This document shows, piece by piece, positions 14,370 to 28,663 of a stretch of DNA of 64,000 nucleotides. The DNA comes from Camelus ferus (Eukaryota). How positions within the stretch are numbered: position 1 is the first letter of the stretch; every line of letters begins with the position of its first letter. The DNA is taken from NCBI RefSeq assembly GCF_009834535.1, contig NC_045696.1:12650001-12714000 (forward strand), given 5' to 3'. The notes below the pieces were generated by a model that searched no databases, had not been told where the DNA came from, and saw only the letters and a program-made list of their open reading frames with translations. A program made the position numbers and the translations under genes.

Positions 14370-14730
14370 AGCATAGTGACTAAGAACACAGACTTCAGAG
14401 CCAGATGATCTTGGTACACATTTCAGGATCGCCAGTGGGCAACTTTGGGATTGTTATGTAATCTCTTTAAGCCTCAGTTTCTCCATCTCCAAAATGGGTA
14501 TATTAATAGTTCCTACCTCATAAAGCTGTGAGCCTCAAATGAGGCAGCAACTGTATTTGGAAAACTAGTGGACATAATTGTTAGCCACATAAGCAAAATT
14601 AGATATGATTAATGCTTGATATAGGTACATTCATTCATGCATTTGACAAATATTTCCTGAGTGCCTATTCTGTGCCAGATACTGGTCTAGGCACTGAATA
14701 CCATAGGTGAATCAGACAGACAAGGTCCAA
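14370..14730. mobile_element. MIR followed by an L2 3' end
   Basis: ctctttaagcctcagtttctccatctccaaaatggg; cattcattcatgcatttgacaaatatttcctgagtgcctattctgtgccag. Confidence 0.75.
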
Positions 14731-14993
14731 GGCCTCATGCAGCTTCCATGGTCATCTCAACAAGAAAATGGGCTCCATTAGGAAGAAGAGCATCAAATAC
14801 CATTGTGTACCTCCCATGGTGCTTTGCACAAAGTAGACAAGAGGGGTTTATAAGGAAATTACAGTAAGTGGAAGAAAGACATGATTCAAAAATCTTGCAC
14901 TCCTGGGCAAAGAAAATAACAATTATGTAGATAAACCAGTGGTATTCTGCTACGATCTGAAATCTAGTCCTTTAACATTTCCTAAAAGTCTTT

Positions 14994-15124
14994 GGGGGAG
15001 GGTGTAGCTCAGTGGTAGAGCACATGCTGAGCAGGCACAAGGCCCTGATTTCAGTCCCCAGTACCTCCATTAAAAAATAAACAAATAAACCCAATTACTT
15101 CCCCCATTCGAAAAAAAAAAAAAA
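14994..15124 (+). mobile_element. tRNA-derived SINE (vic-1-like)
   Basis: gggggagggtgtagctcagtggtagag...ccccagtacctcc...aattacttccccc followed by an A tail. Confidence 0.9.
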
Positions 15125-16716
15125 GGTCAACTCCTTGGTAATTGAGAATATATATAATGGATTACACAAAGTTTCCATTGCACCATGCCACGTTTTGCTC
15201 ACGAGGCAGAGGAATGCGTGGAGTGGAGCATACTTCTGGAATGTGATGTTCAGCAGGTGAGTCCAGATCACCCTGGGTTTCATGGCCGTTCTGTCTGGAG
15301 CACCTGACTGCCAATTGGGAGACTCGGCTTTGCTCCCAGTCTTAGAGCCACAGGAGGTAATCACCTGGCCAGAGTGACTGCAGGAGGCCAGGGAGGCCCT
15401 GGAACACCTAGGTAAGGAGTGTTCACTTCCCTAAGACGAGTTATTATGAAAACACATGTTCCTCTAGGACTGTAATTTAGTTCATTTTTATTCACTCTTT
15501 ATGGTAAGTTACAATCAGATATTTTCTTTTTTAAAAAAAAGAACTTCAGGAATTTCTAGTCTAATTATAAAAATATGTCTTGTTTGTTGAAAAAACTTGG
15601 AAGCCATAACTTTGCACACCTGCACAGCCTTTCTAAAGAGCAAGGTTTGGGAATTGTGGAGAAACTTAGAGGGAGTTTGCAAAGCATTGGCCTGGTAAGT
15701 CAGGAGACCGGGGTTCTAGTTTTGACTGAGATTAAGTAGCTAGCTGAACTTACATGAAATAACATCTCTGGACACCTGTTTCCACATCTATAAAATAAGA
15801 GCTTTTAGGTTCCCCTTCCACCTGTGATTTTTTTTTAAGTATTTACTAAATAAACATGAACCATAGGCCCATCTCTTTCACATGGTATTAAAAACAACTT
15901 TGTATGATGGTTACATCTTACAACGAGGAATTTAGGGCTCAGAAAAGCTTATTTACGCAAAGCTGAAGAATGCGGGGCAAAGGTGTGATTTAAGGATATC
16001 GTCCGACTCTAAGTCGCATTCTCTTCTTACCAAACTACAGCTGCCGTCTTTAATTTACTGGGGTGCAAAGTGGCTCTGGGTGGGAGAAGAAAGAATGGCC
16101 CCGACTACACAACCTCATTGCCTACCTGACCCTTTTGCCCAAGGTGCTCTGTCACCTCCCTGTAGGAAACCCTCTGTTTTACATCTGTGAGGTGAAGAGG
16201 TTAAAAAGTTGAGTCTTACCCACAGACAGTATCTGAGTTTCACTGAATGGACATTCAGAAGATAGGCTCTCAAATAAAAGTCTCTGTCTTCTTTCCACCT
16301 GTTCCCCAATGGTTGTGGAGAAACAGAATCAGAAAATAGGATGGCATATAGATCAAACTCAACTGTAACAATCTCCCAGGAAGCATCAGACACATGAGTC
16401 ATTGTGCCAGTTTTATCTACAACGCCAGCAAAATTAAAATATCTATCCATTCTCCCCGCTGAAGGGATAGTCTCTTCATTACCACCCAAGTTTGGGTTAG
16501 GGGCAAAGACCCATCCCATGGCCAGTCCAATCATTGGACTACAATGTGGCCTGGCCAATAAATGTTTACCCAAACAGAGCAGGATGCCTATACTAGGAAT
16601 CTGAATAGTGAAATACAGAAAAAGTGGGTCATTTGGTAGCCACAGAGAAGACACTGGATGTATAGTGTCTTCATAGGGATGTGTAGTGTCTTCATATTGA
16701 AGCAGAGCATCTAGAG

Positions 16717-16868
16717 GAGAGGGTATAGCTCAAGTGGTAGAGCACATGCTTAGCATGCAACAAGGTCCTGGGTTCAATCCCCAGTACCTCCTCCAAAAAT
16801 AAACAAACCTACTTACTTCCCCCCACCACCAAAACAAAAATAATTAAGTAATACAATAATAAGGTGGG
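16717..16868 (+). mobile_element. tRNA-derived SINE (vic-1-like)
   Basis: Same head. TSD GCATCTAGAG at 16707-16716 and 16869-16878. Confidence 0.92.
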
Positions 16869-17605
16869 GCATCTAGAGTGAAATTAATAGACACATAATT
16901 CTGAGGATCCCATACTTGTGTTAGGTTCCAAATCATTTCCCAGTTTCTGTTCCATTTCCACAGGGACTTTTCTACTATGAACCCTGCACTTGGGTTTCTG
17001 AGACACTATTTTTCTAAACAATATATGTATACTGCTACATTAAAACTTTTTTAATTGTTGGAATAAGTGACCCTCTAGTCTTTACAACCAAAAGAACTGA
17101 ATAAAACTTTGCACAATTATTTTATTGTACTATGTACTGCTAAATTCTATTTAGTAGAATATAATTCTACTTAGTAGAATAAAAGTCTATTTGGTAGATT
17201 AGTAAACCATTTTTTCACACTATATGCTACTTAATTTTGCTATGTCAAATAAGACTGAAATTAATAGGGATTAGGCATCTGGTTTGCTGATTCCTAAGCC
17301 TGATTTATAATTGCTGCATTATATTGCCTGTCATTCTTTTGGCTAATCTGACTGGCTCAAATATAATCATTGAGAATCTTAAGAATTCAGTAGGACATAC
17401 CAAGAAGAGACATCTAGTACCATGCCTTATCCATCAACCCGAAGATTATTTTCTTCTAAGACCAATTCCATATTCTCTAGGAGCAAATTTGGGGCATTTG
17501 GCTTTTGTCCATCCATATCTTCTATACCAATGAGAAGCTGGGATATTTTTTTCAAATGTGATGAAACTATGTGTAGAAATACGTGTATTGATTATTTATG
17601 AAAGT

Positions 17606-17614
17606 AATAAATAA

Positions 17615-17665
<51 letters not shown>

Positions 17666-17668
17666 ATG
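17606..17668 (+). repeat. (AAAT)n microsatellite
   Basis: Near-perfect AAAT array. Confidence 0.95.
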
Positions 17669-18984
17669 TTCTCACACTAGGTCAAGCAAGCTTCTCTTTA
17701 GGGAAACTCTTTGGCCAATAAAGTTGAGCCAAAGAGTTTCCAATCTCGGACTTACTCAAGGCACTCAGCCCTGTAAATTTCATTTCCATCAACAATAATG
17801 AGTTCTGCATGCTTTAGAAAAGAACAAAACACTTTGTTCTTTCCCTGAATTCTGACTCTCAGTGTCCCTACTGCCCCTAATGCATCTAGCTCTTCTGATG
17901 CTCATAGGAACCTTTGCATGTTCCAATGTAATGTTAACATTTCCCTCATTGGCTCATTAACTGCCCTCCAGTGCAGGTTAACCAGTGAACCCCAAAAGAG
18001 GTCTCCAGTTGCTCTGCAAGAGTGGTGAGCAATTCTCACCCTGCACTCCAGCCAACAAAAATGTTGGGACTTTTTTTACAAGCAACAGAAGTCCCAGAAG
18101 GCTACATGATTCCATGGCATAATACATGCAGAAAAATAATACAAAGTTTTTATGGCTCTGGGAGAGCCAACTGATCTCAGTAATGCCCCAAGGCAGGTAA
18201 ATGCGGTGTGTCCTCACGCAGCCTCATGCCTTGACAATGTTAATCTAGAGCCCTGAGGCTTGAAGTGCTACTTGGGTAACCACTTGCACGAGGTTCTGCG
18301 TAAGTGCATTTATATGGAATTGGTACCTTACCTAAGAAATCAGGAGAATTATTTATTTGAAGCATGAAAGCTGTTAGTTTAATGAAGGGGATGTTTTTAT
18401 ACCCTTGGTAAGCCAAGAAATATACCTTCCATTTCCCACTGGGAAAGAAACAGGACTTTTGCCAATGGAAGTCCAGACGGATATTAGCCTCTGGCAGCTG
18501 ACTTCCACCCAACCTACATGTTCCTTGAAAAGCTTTCCCTACTCCCTGATGGGTTCCCTATATACATACCACAGTGATAAATGTACACAGTGGTAGTATC
18601 AGAAGTGGGGAAAACTTTTCAAAGGTTGCCATTTCATCATAGACCATGTTAGATGGTCAATATTTAACACCAAGCAGGAGATGTTGGCTGTGGTAGCCCC
18701 TACAAAATAAAGTGAAGAAATGATGGTGGAGAAGGATGATCCAAGTAATTTAAGGAGAAATCCTTCCACTCAGAATCACTTACAACATTTACTCACTTAC
18801 TGAAATTTTAATGTTCATATAAATTTCCTTAATATACAGATTTGCTCAGGCTGAGGGTCAAACCGTGAACATCATGTTCTAGGTGATATTTGGCATGCCC
18901 AAAATGTCATGGAGTATCCAGAAGACAAAGTCTATCCTTGTCTTTTATCAAATATTCATCACTTTGCTTTTGCATTTATACAAC

Positions 18985-19238
18985 TATGTATGTATATGTA
19001 TTAGGAATATATGTGTACATATACACAATATGTGTACACATATACATGTTATTACATACCATATTATGTTTTGATATATACATAATATATATAAATACAC
19101 ATAATACATATGTATATTATATATGTATTGGTATATGTATTGCTACATACATAATATATGCATATATACATAATATTAATACATAACATATATGCATTGA
19201 TATACATTTATATATATATTCCTCATACATGCATATAG
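18985..19238. repeat. Degenerate (TA/CA/TG) low-complexity tract
   Basis: Alternating purine-pyrimidine sequence of about 250 bp. Confidence 0.85.
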
Positions 19239-20189
19239 TTTTTTTCTTCACTGAGCTCAAAGATAACCACCACCTAAAATATAACTGCTTACAGATACTG
19301 TTTAATTTCCTAAGAGTTCTTGAGCCTACAAACGTTACTCTGGTCCAGGAAATTACACTGGCTAGATGCCTTCATGAAACATTGACTAAATTTCAAAAGA
19401 AAATCTATTTCTCCAGAAAAAAATAAAAGATGTCATGTCCACGAGGTCTTTGTGAAAAGACAAAAAGGTCTAAGTGGTTCAAAACTATCCTTAATGCCTG
19501 CAAGTAAAAAGGCACATGTATCCCAAACGTTGAAGCTGTCGCTTCCATATTTCTAAACCACATAAATTCACCAAGGTCTAGGCAGCTTTAGCTCATTCGA
19601 TAGCATGTTCTGTTCTCATCCAGATACAGTTGTGTTAGTGAATCCAGAGGTTTTAGATTTTTCCCAACAGCTTCAATTGGATGATTTCATGCAGGCAAGC
19701 TGCCTCTTCTTTTCCATTCTAAGCCTTCACTGGGAGTATTCCGACACCAGGAGAAAAATATATTTTTTACTTTACCCTAAAATTAAGATTTTCATAGTAC
19801 CAATGTCTTCATATTTATAGATCACCTTTCCTTACTTGGAAGAAAAGCAACAAAACATGTGCAAATACCACGTTCAGCCACTACAGAAAACACCACCTTT
19901 TTTCCATACAAAAATGTCACCTTTGAGTATTCTCTACAATCCCTTAGGCTTTTCCTCCAGATCTTTTTTCAAAATCTTACCACAGTTGAACTCGAGATTA
20001 TGGAGAGCAGACTTCTGGAGGATGTGACTATAAAAAGACGGAGATATTAATTTTTAAATGCATTAAATGCATATAAATAAACCCAATAATGCTCTCAACT
20101 GCATTTATATACTTACTATTCAATAAATATTAATTGGCACGTATATAATCTATATTTTGTTAATCGCATCATTAATAGAATGATCTGTT

Positions 20190-20490
20190 TAGAGCAGCAC
20201 CGTCCAAAAAAAAATAATATGACCAACATATGTATGTAACTTAAATTTTCTCATTTCACATTCAAAAAGTACAAATCAATTGAAATTTAATACTATATTT
20301 TATTTTATTCAATATGTCCAAAACAGTAACATTTCAACATGTGATCGATATTTTAAAAATTATTAATGAGATATTTTACATTCTTCTTTACAAAATTCAG
20401 TGTATTTTACACTTGCAGCACATCTCATTTTCCACTGGCCCAATTTTCAGGGCTCAGTAGCCCCAGGTGGGTGGACAGTGCAGATCTAAA
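20190..20490. mobile_element. hAT-Charlie MITE (MER3/MER33-like)
   Basis: gcaccgtccaa ... gtggacagtgcagatcta inverted ends. Confidence 0.7.
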
Positions 20491-20835
20491 GCATCCTGGA
20501 TATTAAAGGGCTGGATAAGCACTGTATGCCCACTACCAGCTTCCCCCGCTTTCAGTGGGGTGCCAGTACATGTTAGAACTTTAAATTAGCCAGTCTTTTA
20601 CATCTGCCATGCTTGGGGCTTTAGAGATTTGAAACTAGTGTCTAAATAACACACACACACAAAAAAAAAAAAAGGAAAAGAAAAAATGAAAAAAGAAACA
20701 CACTAAAAAGGAAACTTAAAATTTTTTAATTAAAAAAAGAAAACAAACAAAAAGAAACTAGTGTCTAAAGTTTAAATTGTCTTTAATTGATATTAGTTGT
20801 ACCATGTTAAGAAAACAACATCGATGGTGATTGAA

Positions 20836-21320
20836 GTATCGTTTCCCTATTGCTGCTGTAACAAATTCCCACACTCGTTGGCTTAAAACAACACAAATTT
20901 ATTATCTTACAATTCATGAGATCAGAAATCTAAAATGGGAGGGCAGGGCTGCGTTCCTTCTGGGGCAAATCCATTTCCTGGCCATTTCCAGCTTCTAGAA
21001 GCCACCTACCTACCTTGGCTCACTCTCTTCCTCCATCTTCAAAACCAGGACCATAGCATCTCCAAATTTCTCTCTCTCAATCTGACCACTGCTTCCATCA
21101 CCATATTTCCTACCTTTGCTCTGACTCTGCTCCCTCCCTCTTAGAAGGAGGCTTATGATTACATGGCGCCCACCTGAATAATAAAGGATAATCTCCCCTT
21201 ATCAATATCATTAATTTAATCATATATATAAAGTCTTCTTTGCCAGGTAAGGCAAAAGAGTCACAGACCCTGGGGATTAGGGTGTGGACATCTTTAGGGG
21301 ACCATTAGTCTGTCCACCAT
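20836..21320. mobile_element. MLT1 LTR
   Basis: ttgctgctgtaacaaattccc...ggcttaaaacaacacaaatttattatcttaca...ggattagggtgtggacatctttagggg. Confidence 0.85.
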
Positions 21321-21544
21321 GATTGAATATGTGCAACATAGGTTTACAGGTAAAATTCTGTCACAACACATCTAGTTACAATATAGATCTACATGTGACA
21401 AAAACTAGCTATGTGCTTGACAAATCCTTACTGTTTCAAGCAATATTTCATAAGAATAAATACATAGTACAATAAATATTAGACATACTTGGCATTTGTT
21501 TTTAATAAGTAGGATTTGACAGTTTTAGAAGCAATTTAAGCTGT

Positions 21545-21721
21545 GGGGAGGGTTTAGCTCAGTGGTAGAGTGCATGCTTAGCATGTGCAAGGTCCTGGGT
21601 TCAATCCCCAGTATGTCCATTAAAATAAATAAGTAAACCTAACTCCCTCCCACCAAAAACAAAAAACAAAAAATAAATTAAAGAAAAAATACATATACCA
21701 TTTCTTTTTTAAAAAATTAGG
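21545..21721 (+). mobile_element. tRNA-derived SINE (vic-1-like)
   Basis: Same head. TSD AATTTAAGCT at 21533-21542 and 21722-21731. Confidence 0.92.
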
Positions 21722-21849
21722 AATTTAAGCTAGAATTTTGTACCTTTTGATCTCCTTCACCCAATTCAAAAAGTACAAAAGGTCAAAAGGTGAAAACTTC
21801 CAGGATAATTACTCCTAGAAACTGCCAAATCCTACTTATTAAGAACAAA

Positions 21850-22342
21850 TTAGGAGTTTGGGATTAACATATACACATAACTATATATAAAATACATAAA
21901 CAACAAGGACCTACTGTATAGCCCAGGGAACTATATTCAGTTCGTGTAGTAACATATAATGGAAAAGAATCTGAAAATATGTATTTATGTATGTATGTGT
22001 ATAACTGAATCACTTTGCTGTACACCTGAAACTAACATTGCAAACCAACCTCACTTCAATTAAAAAAAAATGCCAGGCATGAAAGTTCTGGGATGTCATG
22101 TACAGCATGACTATAGGTAATAATACTGTAGTATATGTTTGGAACTTGCTAGGAGAATAGATCTTAAAAGTTCTTATCACAAGAAAAAAAAAGTGTGACT
22201 ATGTGAGGTGCATGGATGTCAGCTAGACTTATTGTGGTGATCATTTCCCAATATATACATATATCAAATCATTATGTTGTATACTTCAAACTTATACACT
22301 GTTCTGGGGCCATTATAGCTCAATAAAACTGGAGAAAAAAGA
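21850..22342 (+). mobile_element. Two tandem L1 3' ends
   Basis: caaggacctactgtatagcccagggaactatattcag followed by poly A at about 22070; then gtacagcatgactata...ctcaataaaactggagaaaaa. Confidence 0.8.
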
Positions 22343-22982
22343 AGTAATTTACATTTAGGCTCTGATGACTTAGGGAAAGTCAAGATAATAGGTGCCTGAG
22401 AGAAGGCTGGAGGGGAAACTCTCCAGGTGTGTATTACCTAGTTTTGAGCTGCTTTTCCAAATTTGCCAGGATAAATCTTCACCCATGCTGCCAAGTAATT
22501 AGTACCACATCTAGCATAAATAAGCCATAAAGGTAAACTTTGTCAAAAGAATGCAATTAAGTTTTTGATAGGAATCCTATTCTTTGCTAAATTTATGTCA
22601 TGAAGTAGAAAACATTTTAAATCACATCAGTAAATTTTTAATGAGAATAATATGAGGAAAGCATAGAGCCCAGGTCAGAACATTTCATAACTTCAACTAT
22701 AAATACAATTTTCTTAAGAATAACAACTACTTTTAGAATATTCCTTTATTAGCAATCAGTACAGGCAAAATGACCGTTTGACTTACAAACTATTCATTGA
22801 CCCCACTGAAATGCAGTGCTTTTAAGGCTGTCTCTTCAACTTAACCATCCTCCGAGGTTCTATTTGTAAACTATAATTGAAATTTTAAAACATGTGTTCC
22901 TGAGCTGCCTGGAACACCATCTGAATTCCCCACCTGACTGTTGGCGCGTGCCTCAGTCTTCAAGTATCTTGTCCTTGGGGGA

Positions 22983-23331
22983 TGTATTAGTAAGCTAGGG
23001 CTACCATAACAAAATACCACCGACTGAGTGGCTTAAACAACATCTATTTCTCACAGTTCTGGGCGCTGAAAGTCTGAGATCAGTCTGAGAGCTGTTTTCC
23101 TGGCTTGCAGATGGCTGCCTTCTCAGGATGTACCCACATGGCAGAAAGAGAGACAGCAAACTATGATGTCTCTTCTTATAAGGACATTAATCTCATCATG
23201 AAGTCCTGCCTTCTCATGACCTCATCTAAACCTAATTATCTCCCAAAGGTCCCACATCCAAATGCCATCACCTTAGGGGTTATGGCTTCTACGCAAGAAT
23301 TTGGATGTAGGTACCACAATTCGGTCCACAG
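22983..23331. mobile_element. MLT1A-like LTR
   Basis: tgtattagt...gctaccataacaaaataccac...cacaattcggtccaca. Confidence 0.85.
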
Positions 23332-24989
23332 GAGGGGATACACAAGATCCAGGCGAAGAACAGCCTCCGAGTGATGGTACATGCTCTGATCAAAGTCAGC
23401 CTTTCGTCATCCTCCAGTTCTCCCAGGGGCTTCTTCCAGGCTGGAGACAAAGTAAGCGTGATTACTGCTGAAAGCTCATTTCTCAGGATCAATAAACATT
23501 GCTTCGATGTGCAACCTCCAAAGGGTGTTTCCTACCCAAAAGTGTAGCTTTGCAGTTAAACAATTACATTCTTAAAATGATGTCTATAGAGATTGAGTTT
23601 TCTTGAATCGACATCTCTAAGGAGAAACCAAAAGCCTACGTAGGAATACTACTTTCTTACTTACTCTTACTTTTTAAAATATTTTTATTTTTCTTGACAT
23701 AGGAACGGGTAGGGTAAAGTTTCATAAGCCAGGAAAGAGATTCAGTTTATGGCTTTTAAATTAAAATATCACTGCCTAAAAGAGAAGTGAATGATAAGTA
23801 CTCATGATAATCATTTTCATGAAAATTCAGCTTCAGAAAGACACTGAATTTCATTCATGGTTTGTCTTTTTAAAAAAGGAAAGGGTAATCATAAACCATA
23901 GAGGTTAACTGGAAAGGTGGTCTATTTCTGTGCTTTATCCTGTATAAACACAATATCATTATGACTCCTGTTATAAATTTCAGTAAAGTATGATTAACAC
24001 GACAGCAAGGGTGCCATTAAAATGTGAATATTAACTTCCCAATAATTTCTAGAAACTGAAATGGAATCTGGCAATAACATGACATTTTGACACCAATGAA
24101 AATATTTTATGTAGTTATGTAAGCGATAAAAATAAATGTTTTATAAAAATTTACCCAGAAGGACTTATAACTAGGAAAAACAATCATAATTAACAAGTTT
24201 CGTAAAGTACACAGCTGCCAAAGATAACTTTTAGACCAGCTGAAGGTGATGAGGTCATTGCTGGTCCTAAGTCCGTAAGACCTGAACACCTGTAGAGATT
24301 TTTTTTAAAGTACTGAAAGGAATTAATTTTCTAACTACAGACAGGCTGTGGGAGTCTCCCTCTTCTACGTGACTCTCTATTATGCCAAAGTATCGGAACT
24401 GAATGCATACTTCAGCTTTTCTAGCAGCTGTTCCTATGGTGCAGAAGTAAATGTGTAAACTCTACCAGTACCAGCTGGAAGAAAAAGACATGAATCTACT
24501 CTTTCTGAATGTATTATGGAGTCTAGACTTTGTTTCCAGAATAGAATGTGTCTAAAGCAACCAAATTTAAGAAGAGGGTTGTGAAATTATCCACTGGATG
24601 AGTAACCATCTTGACAATTCAACTGGCTGATGCAAAGACAGCTGTATTGGCAGGTGACCATACCATGTACTCTGCCGGCTGTGTGGTACTGGAGAGATTC
24701 TTTTCAACATTTTTAACTGAGATTATTATAGCATAAGAATATTAACAACAGCAACATCAGAAGCACAAAAACCAATTTTGTCAAACATATTTTTTTCAAT
24801 ATGTACATCATTGATCACTGTATTTATAAGGTCTACTGAGTATTTTTAAGTTGAATAATAATTATGGTAATAGTAATAATAAAAGAAGGCATTTCATTAA
24901 CTAAAACATGCTTATCTTTTGACTCTACTTTTAACCATAATTTTAATAAAAATATACATCTAAGTCTAGCCAAATACGAAAAAAAATTT

Positions 24990-26075
24990 TTTTTAGTGAG
25001 TCTTTTTAGAGCAGTTTTAGATTCACAGCAAAACTGAATGGAAAGAACAGAGTATACCCCTTTCCCCCCACACACACATACTCTCTCCCTACTATCAACA
25101 TCATTTGTTACAGTCAAAGAACCTACACTAACACATCACCATCATCCAAAATCCATAGTTTATATTAGGGCTTATACTTGGTATTGTACATTCTGTGGGT
25201 TTTGACAAATGTATAATGACATGTATCCACCATCTCATTTCATACAGAATAGTTCCACTGCCTTAAAAATCCTGTAAGTTCTGTCTATTCACCCTTCTTA
25301 CCCACTAAACCCTGGAAACCAATGTTATTTTTACCGTCTCTATAGTTTTGCCTTTTTTAGAATGTCATATAGTTAGACTCATACCATATATCACCTTTTC
25401 AGTTTGGCATCTTATGTATTTAAGTTTCCTCCATATCTTTTCATGACTTGATAGTTCATTTCTTTTTAGAGTTAAATAATATTCCATTGTCTGAATGTTA
25501 TCACAGTTCATTTAACCATTCACCTATTGAAAGATATCTTAGGTGCCTCCAAATTTGGGCAATTATGAATAAAGCTGCTATATACATCCATGAGCAGGTT
25601 TTTTGGGGGGCATAAGTTTTCCTGCCCTTTGGGTGAACATCAAGGAGTGTGATTGCTGGATCATATGGTCAGAATATGTTCAGTTTTGTAAGAAACCACC
25701 AAACTGTCTTCCAAAGTGGCTGTACCATTTTGCATTCCCACCAACAACGTATGAGGGTTCCTATTGCCACATTCTTACCAGCATTTGGTGTTATCAGTGT
25801 TTTTTGGATTTTGGCCATTCTAATAGATGAGTAGTCATATCTCATTGTTTCAATCTGAGATTTCCTAATCACATATAATGTTGAGCATGTTTTCATATGC
25901 TTACTTGTAATCTGTATGTCTTCTCTGGTGAGATGTCTGTTCAGATCTTTTGTTCATTTTTTAATCAGGTTATTTGTTTTCTTACTGTTGAGTTTTAAGA
26001 GTTCTTTGTGTATTCTGGATGCCTGTATTTTATAAGACGTGTCTTTTGCAAATAGTTTCTCCCAGTCTGTGTCAT
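24990..26075 (-). mobile_element. L1MA/MB 3' region
   Basis: Minus-strand ORF 25669-25896 (...[17 protein letters not shown]) is the L1 ORF2 C-terminus. Confidence 0.9.
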
Positions 26076-26079
26076 AGTG

Positions 26080-26238
26080 TTTCTTTGTTTTAATATTCTT
26101 TTTAAACAAAAACATTTTTGTAGGGTGGAAGTAATTAGGTTTATTTATTTATTTATTTTTAATGGAGGTACTAGGAATTAAACCCAGGACCTCATGCATG
26201 CTAGGAGTGCACTCTACCACTGAGCTATACCCTCCCCC
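26080..26238 (-). mobile_element. tRNA-derived SINE (vic-1-like)
   Basis: ggaggtactaggaattaaacccagg...ctctaccactgagctataccctcccc. Confidence 0.9.
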
Positions 26239-26879
26239 ACATCGTGTGTTAAGTGTAGTGATCAACTTTGAGGGGTTGATGCTTTATGAAAACAAAAAAG
26301 AAAAATTGGAAGGAATTCTCTGGTTGTAAAGATTTGGTGGATTTTGAAGATGCACTAAAAATGATCTATCTTCAGTTCATGCATTATTTCACTAACTACT
26401 AAACTATGGTGGAATTAACTGAAATCCTCTATGGAATCCCCTTATATCAGCATAAGACTTGGAAACTAATCAAGGTTGGTGCCACCCTTGGATATCACGA
26501 AGAGAACCAGGTGCAATTTGTGGCTTCTACTAAAATGCAAGCCAGGCTAAAGTGAGACAAGAAGCTGCTAAATGTTTCTTGCCAGAAAAAAAGAAGGGTA
26601 TTATCTTTTATGCAAGAGGCTTGTACCAAAGCCTTTTTAAGAGAAGAAATATACCTTGTTACAGTATGCTATTAGACTCCATTGCCTCTGAGAAAAAAGA
26701 ACTTTCACTAGGAACACAAAATCAAAATGCCTGATTAAGCATTTTTTTTCTATCAGCTTTATTATCCAACATTTAAACTATTATTTTCTTATTAGTTTAC
26801 TTGGACGATTAGTATTCGACATCAGAGCCCAGTGACATGAAATTTATGTTTCAATTGTTTATGCTTACTAAAGCTTGCT

Positions 26880-27192
26880 ATTAGTGAAAACAAATATATG
26901 TATGTGTATGCATGACTGGGATATTGTGTTGTATACCAGAAACTGACATATTGTAACTGACTATACTTCAGTAAAAAAAAAAAAATTGATAATAGGTTAG
27001 TGCTTCTATTTTTTTTTTTGAAGTATGGTTGATTTACAATGTTGTGTTAGTTTCTGGTGTACAGCACAGCAATTCAATCATATATATATTCCATTTATAT
27101 TCCTTGTCACTGTAGGTTATTACAAGATATTGCATATAGTTCCCTGTGCTATACCATAGGACCTTGTTGTTTATCTATTGTATATATTGTAG
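26880..27192. mobile_element. Two short L1 3' ends arranged tail to tail
   Basis: A + copy ends in an A tract at about 26985; a - copy begins with a T tract at about 27009. Confidence 0.75.
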
Positions 27193-28663
27193 CTTGCTGA
27201 CCAAGCATTGGATTTCACTACCATACCACCAAAACCACTAATAGGGATGGTGCCAAACACCCTTAAAATAGCAAATGTAAAACATCTCTGAAATAAGGCA
27301 TTACCACCACATACCAGAAAATACAGAGAATCCCCATATATCAGTGAGGGTTTTGTTGCATACAACAGAATCCACTCTAGTTAGTTCAAACTAAAAGGAA
27401 TTTTTTATAGGATATCCAATTGGTATTATAATCATTGGAAGGTTTTAAAGAAGATCAGCTCTAAACTGAACTTCCAGGAACACCTGTTAAAGTCACATTA
27501 CAGAACTGAGCTCCTGGCACTGCCACAGTCAGGAAACCATGGAATCAGTGATCAGCTGCTACAGCTGCTAACTCCAGACCCAGAATCCATATGCCCCCAA
27601 CCTTAGCAGCAAAGTGAAGAAATTTTGCTCTGCTTCTCAATACCTATGAAGCTAGAGGCCTAAGACTGAGAATCCTGCCACAGTTGTTGCAGAAAAATCA
27701 AACTCTTCTGCAACTTGGCTTGCCAGCAGAAATAAGAGGCAAGAAGTCAGCCTCTGACTCTTCCATTATGCCTTTCAAATTTTATGTGGTTGTAAATAAC
27801 TGGTGGGAGTTAAATTTCATCTAAAACTGGAGCTTCAGGGGAATCTCAAAAACATAGTTTTGAGGGTTGCAGCCTCAGTAACTCAGGAAAACTTGCTATA
27901 AGGAAGATGGAAAGGATAGTGGGAGTGAGGTGATAGTGTTCTACTCATCCTGAAAAAAGAGCAGGAAGTATGTTTCTGTCGGAGGAAAGTCAGGAGTAAT
28001 TCCAGGAGAACATCAAGTGTAGAGGATGGGAACATAAGGAGTTGGAGGGAGTCCAGGAGCAACCACCAGGGTGGCTGATTCCATCAACATTAGAGCTACC
28101 TCAAACTCCATGCCTTGAATAGATAACAGATACAGACTGGAGTATTGGATGTGGGTGTTGGGTCAAAGGCCATGCTTAAGAGAAACAGGAAGCTCCCCTT
28201 CCTTAAGAGAAGTTACTGGTGTGCCCTGCCTCGTAGCACACCTTATCTTCTAAAATCCCTGGAGGCTGACTGTAGTATGCATACTGCTTTCATACACAGG
28301 CTAACAAAACCTCAATACAAAGATGAGCGTCCAACCAGAAATTAAAGATCTGAAGTAAATAAACACCATGAAAGAGAAACATACAACCTAATGAATAAAG
28401 AAAACCACCAGACAAATTAGAATTTATACAGCAAACAAATGGAAACTTCAAAAAAAAAGTACAATTGAAAATCTCAGAGGGATGAGAATAGATACTATAT
28501 CCATGAAACAAAAGATTATTACTTTTTAAAACCCTATACTGGGGGGAAAAAGGCTTGCTAAATAAAAATCTGAATAGAAAAGACAAAAAGCAGACTATAT
28601 TCAACTAAAGAGATAATGTATTAGCTGACAACCTAAATCTCCCTAAAAATGACAAACAGATTG

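Noticed and set aside
14994..15070. tRNA genes at the SINE heads
   Set aside because: They have A/B boxes but continue into a shared SINE body and A tail, several with TSDs.
16115..16654. 179-aa minus-strand ORF
   Set aside because: Non-ATG start, no recognisable homology and no supporting splice or promoter context. A database search would be needed to exclude it fully.
16656..16696. 21-bp direct repeat as a CRISPR-like or regulatory array
   Set aside because: Only two adjacent copies with no spacers; an ordinary tandem duplication.
18883..19186. Tyr/Ile-rich ORFs
   Set aside because: Translation of a TA-rich low-complexity tract.
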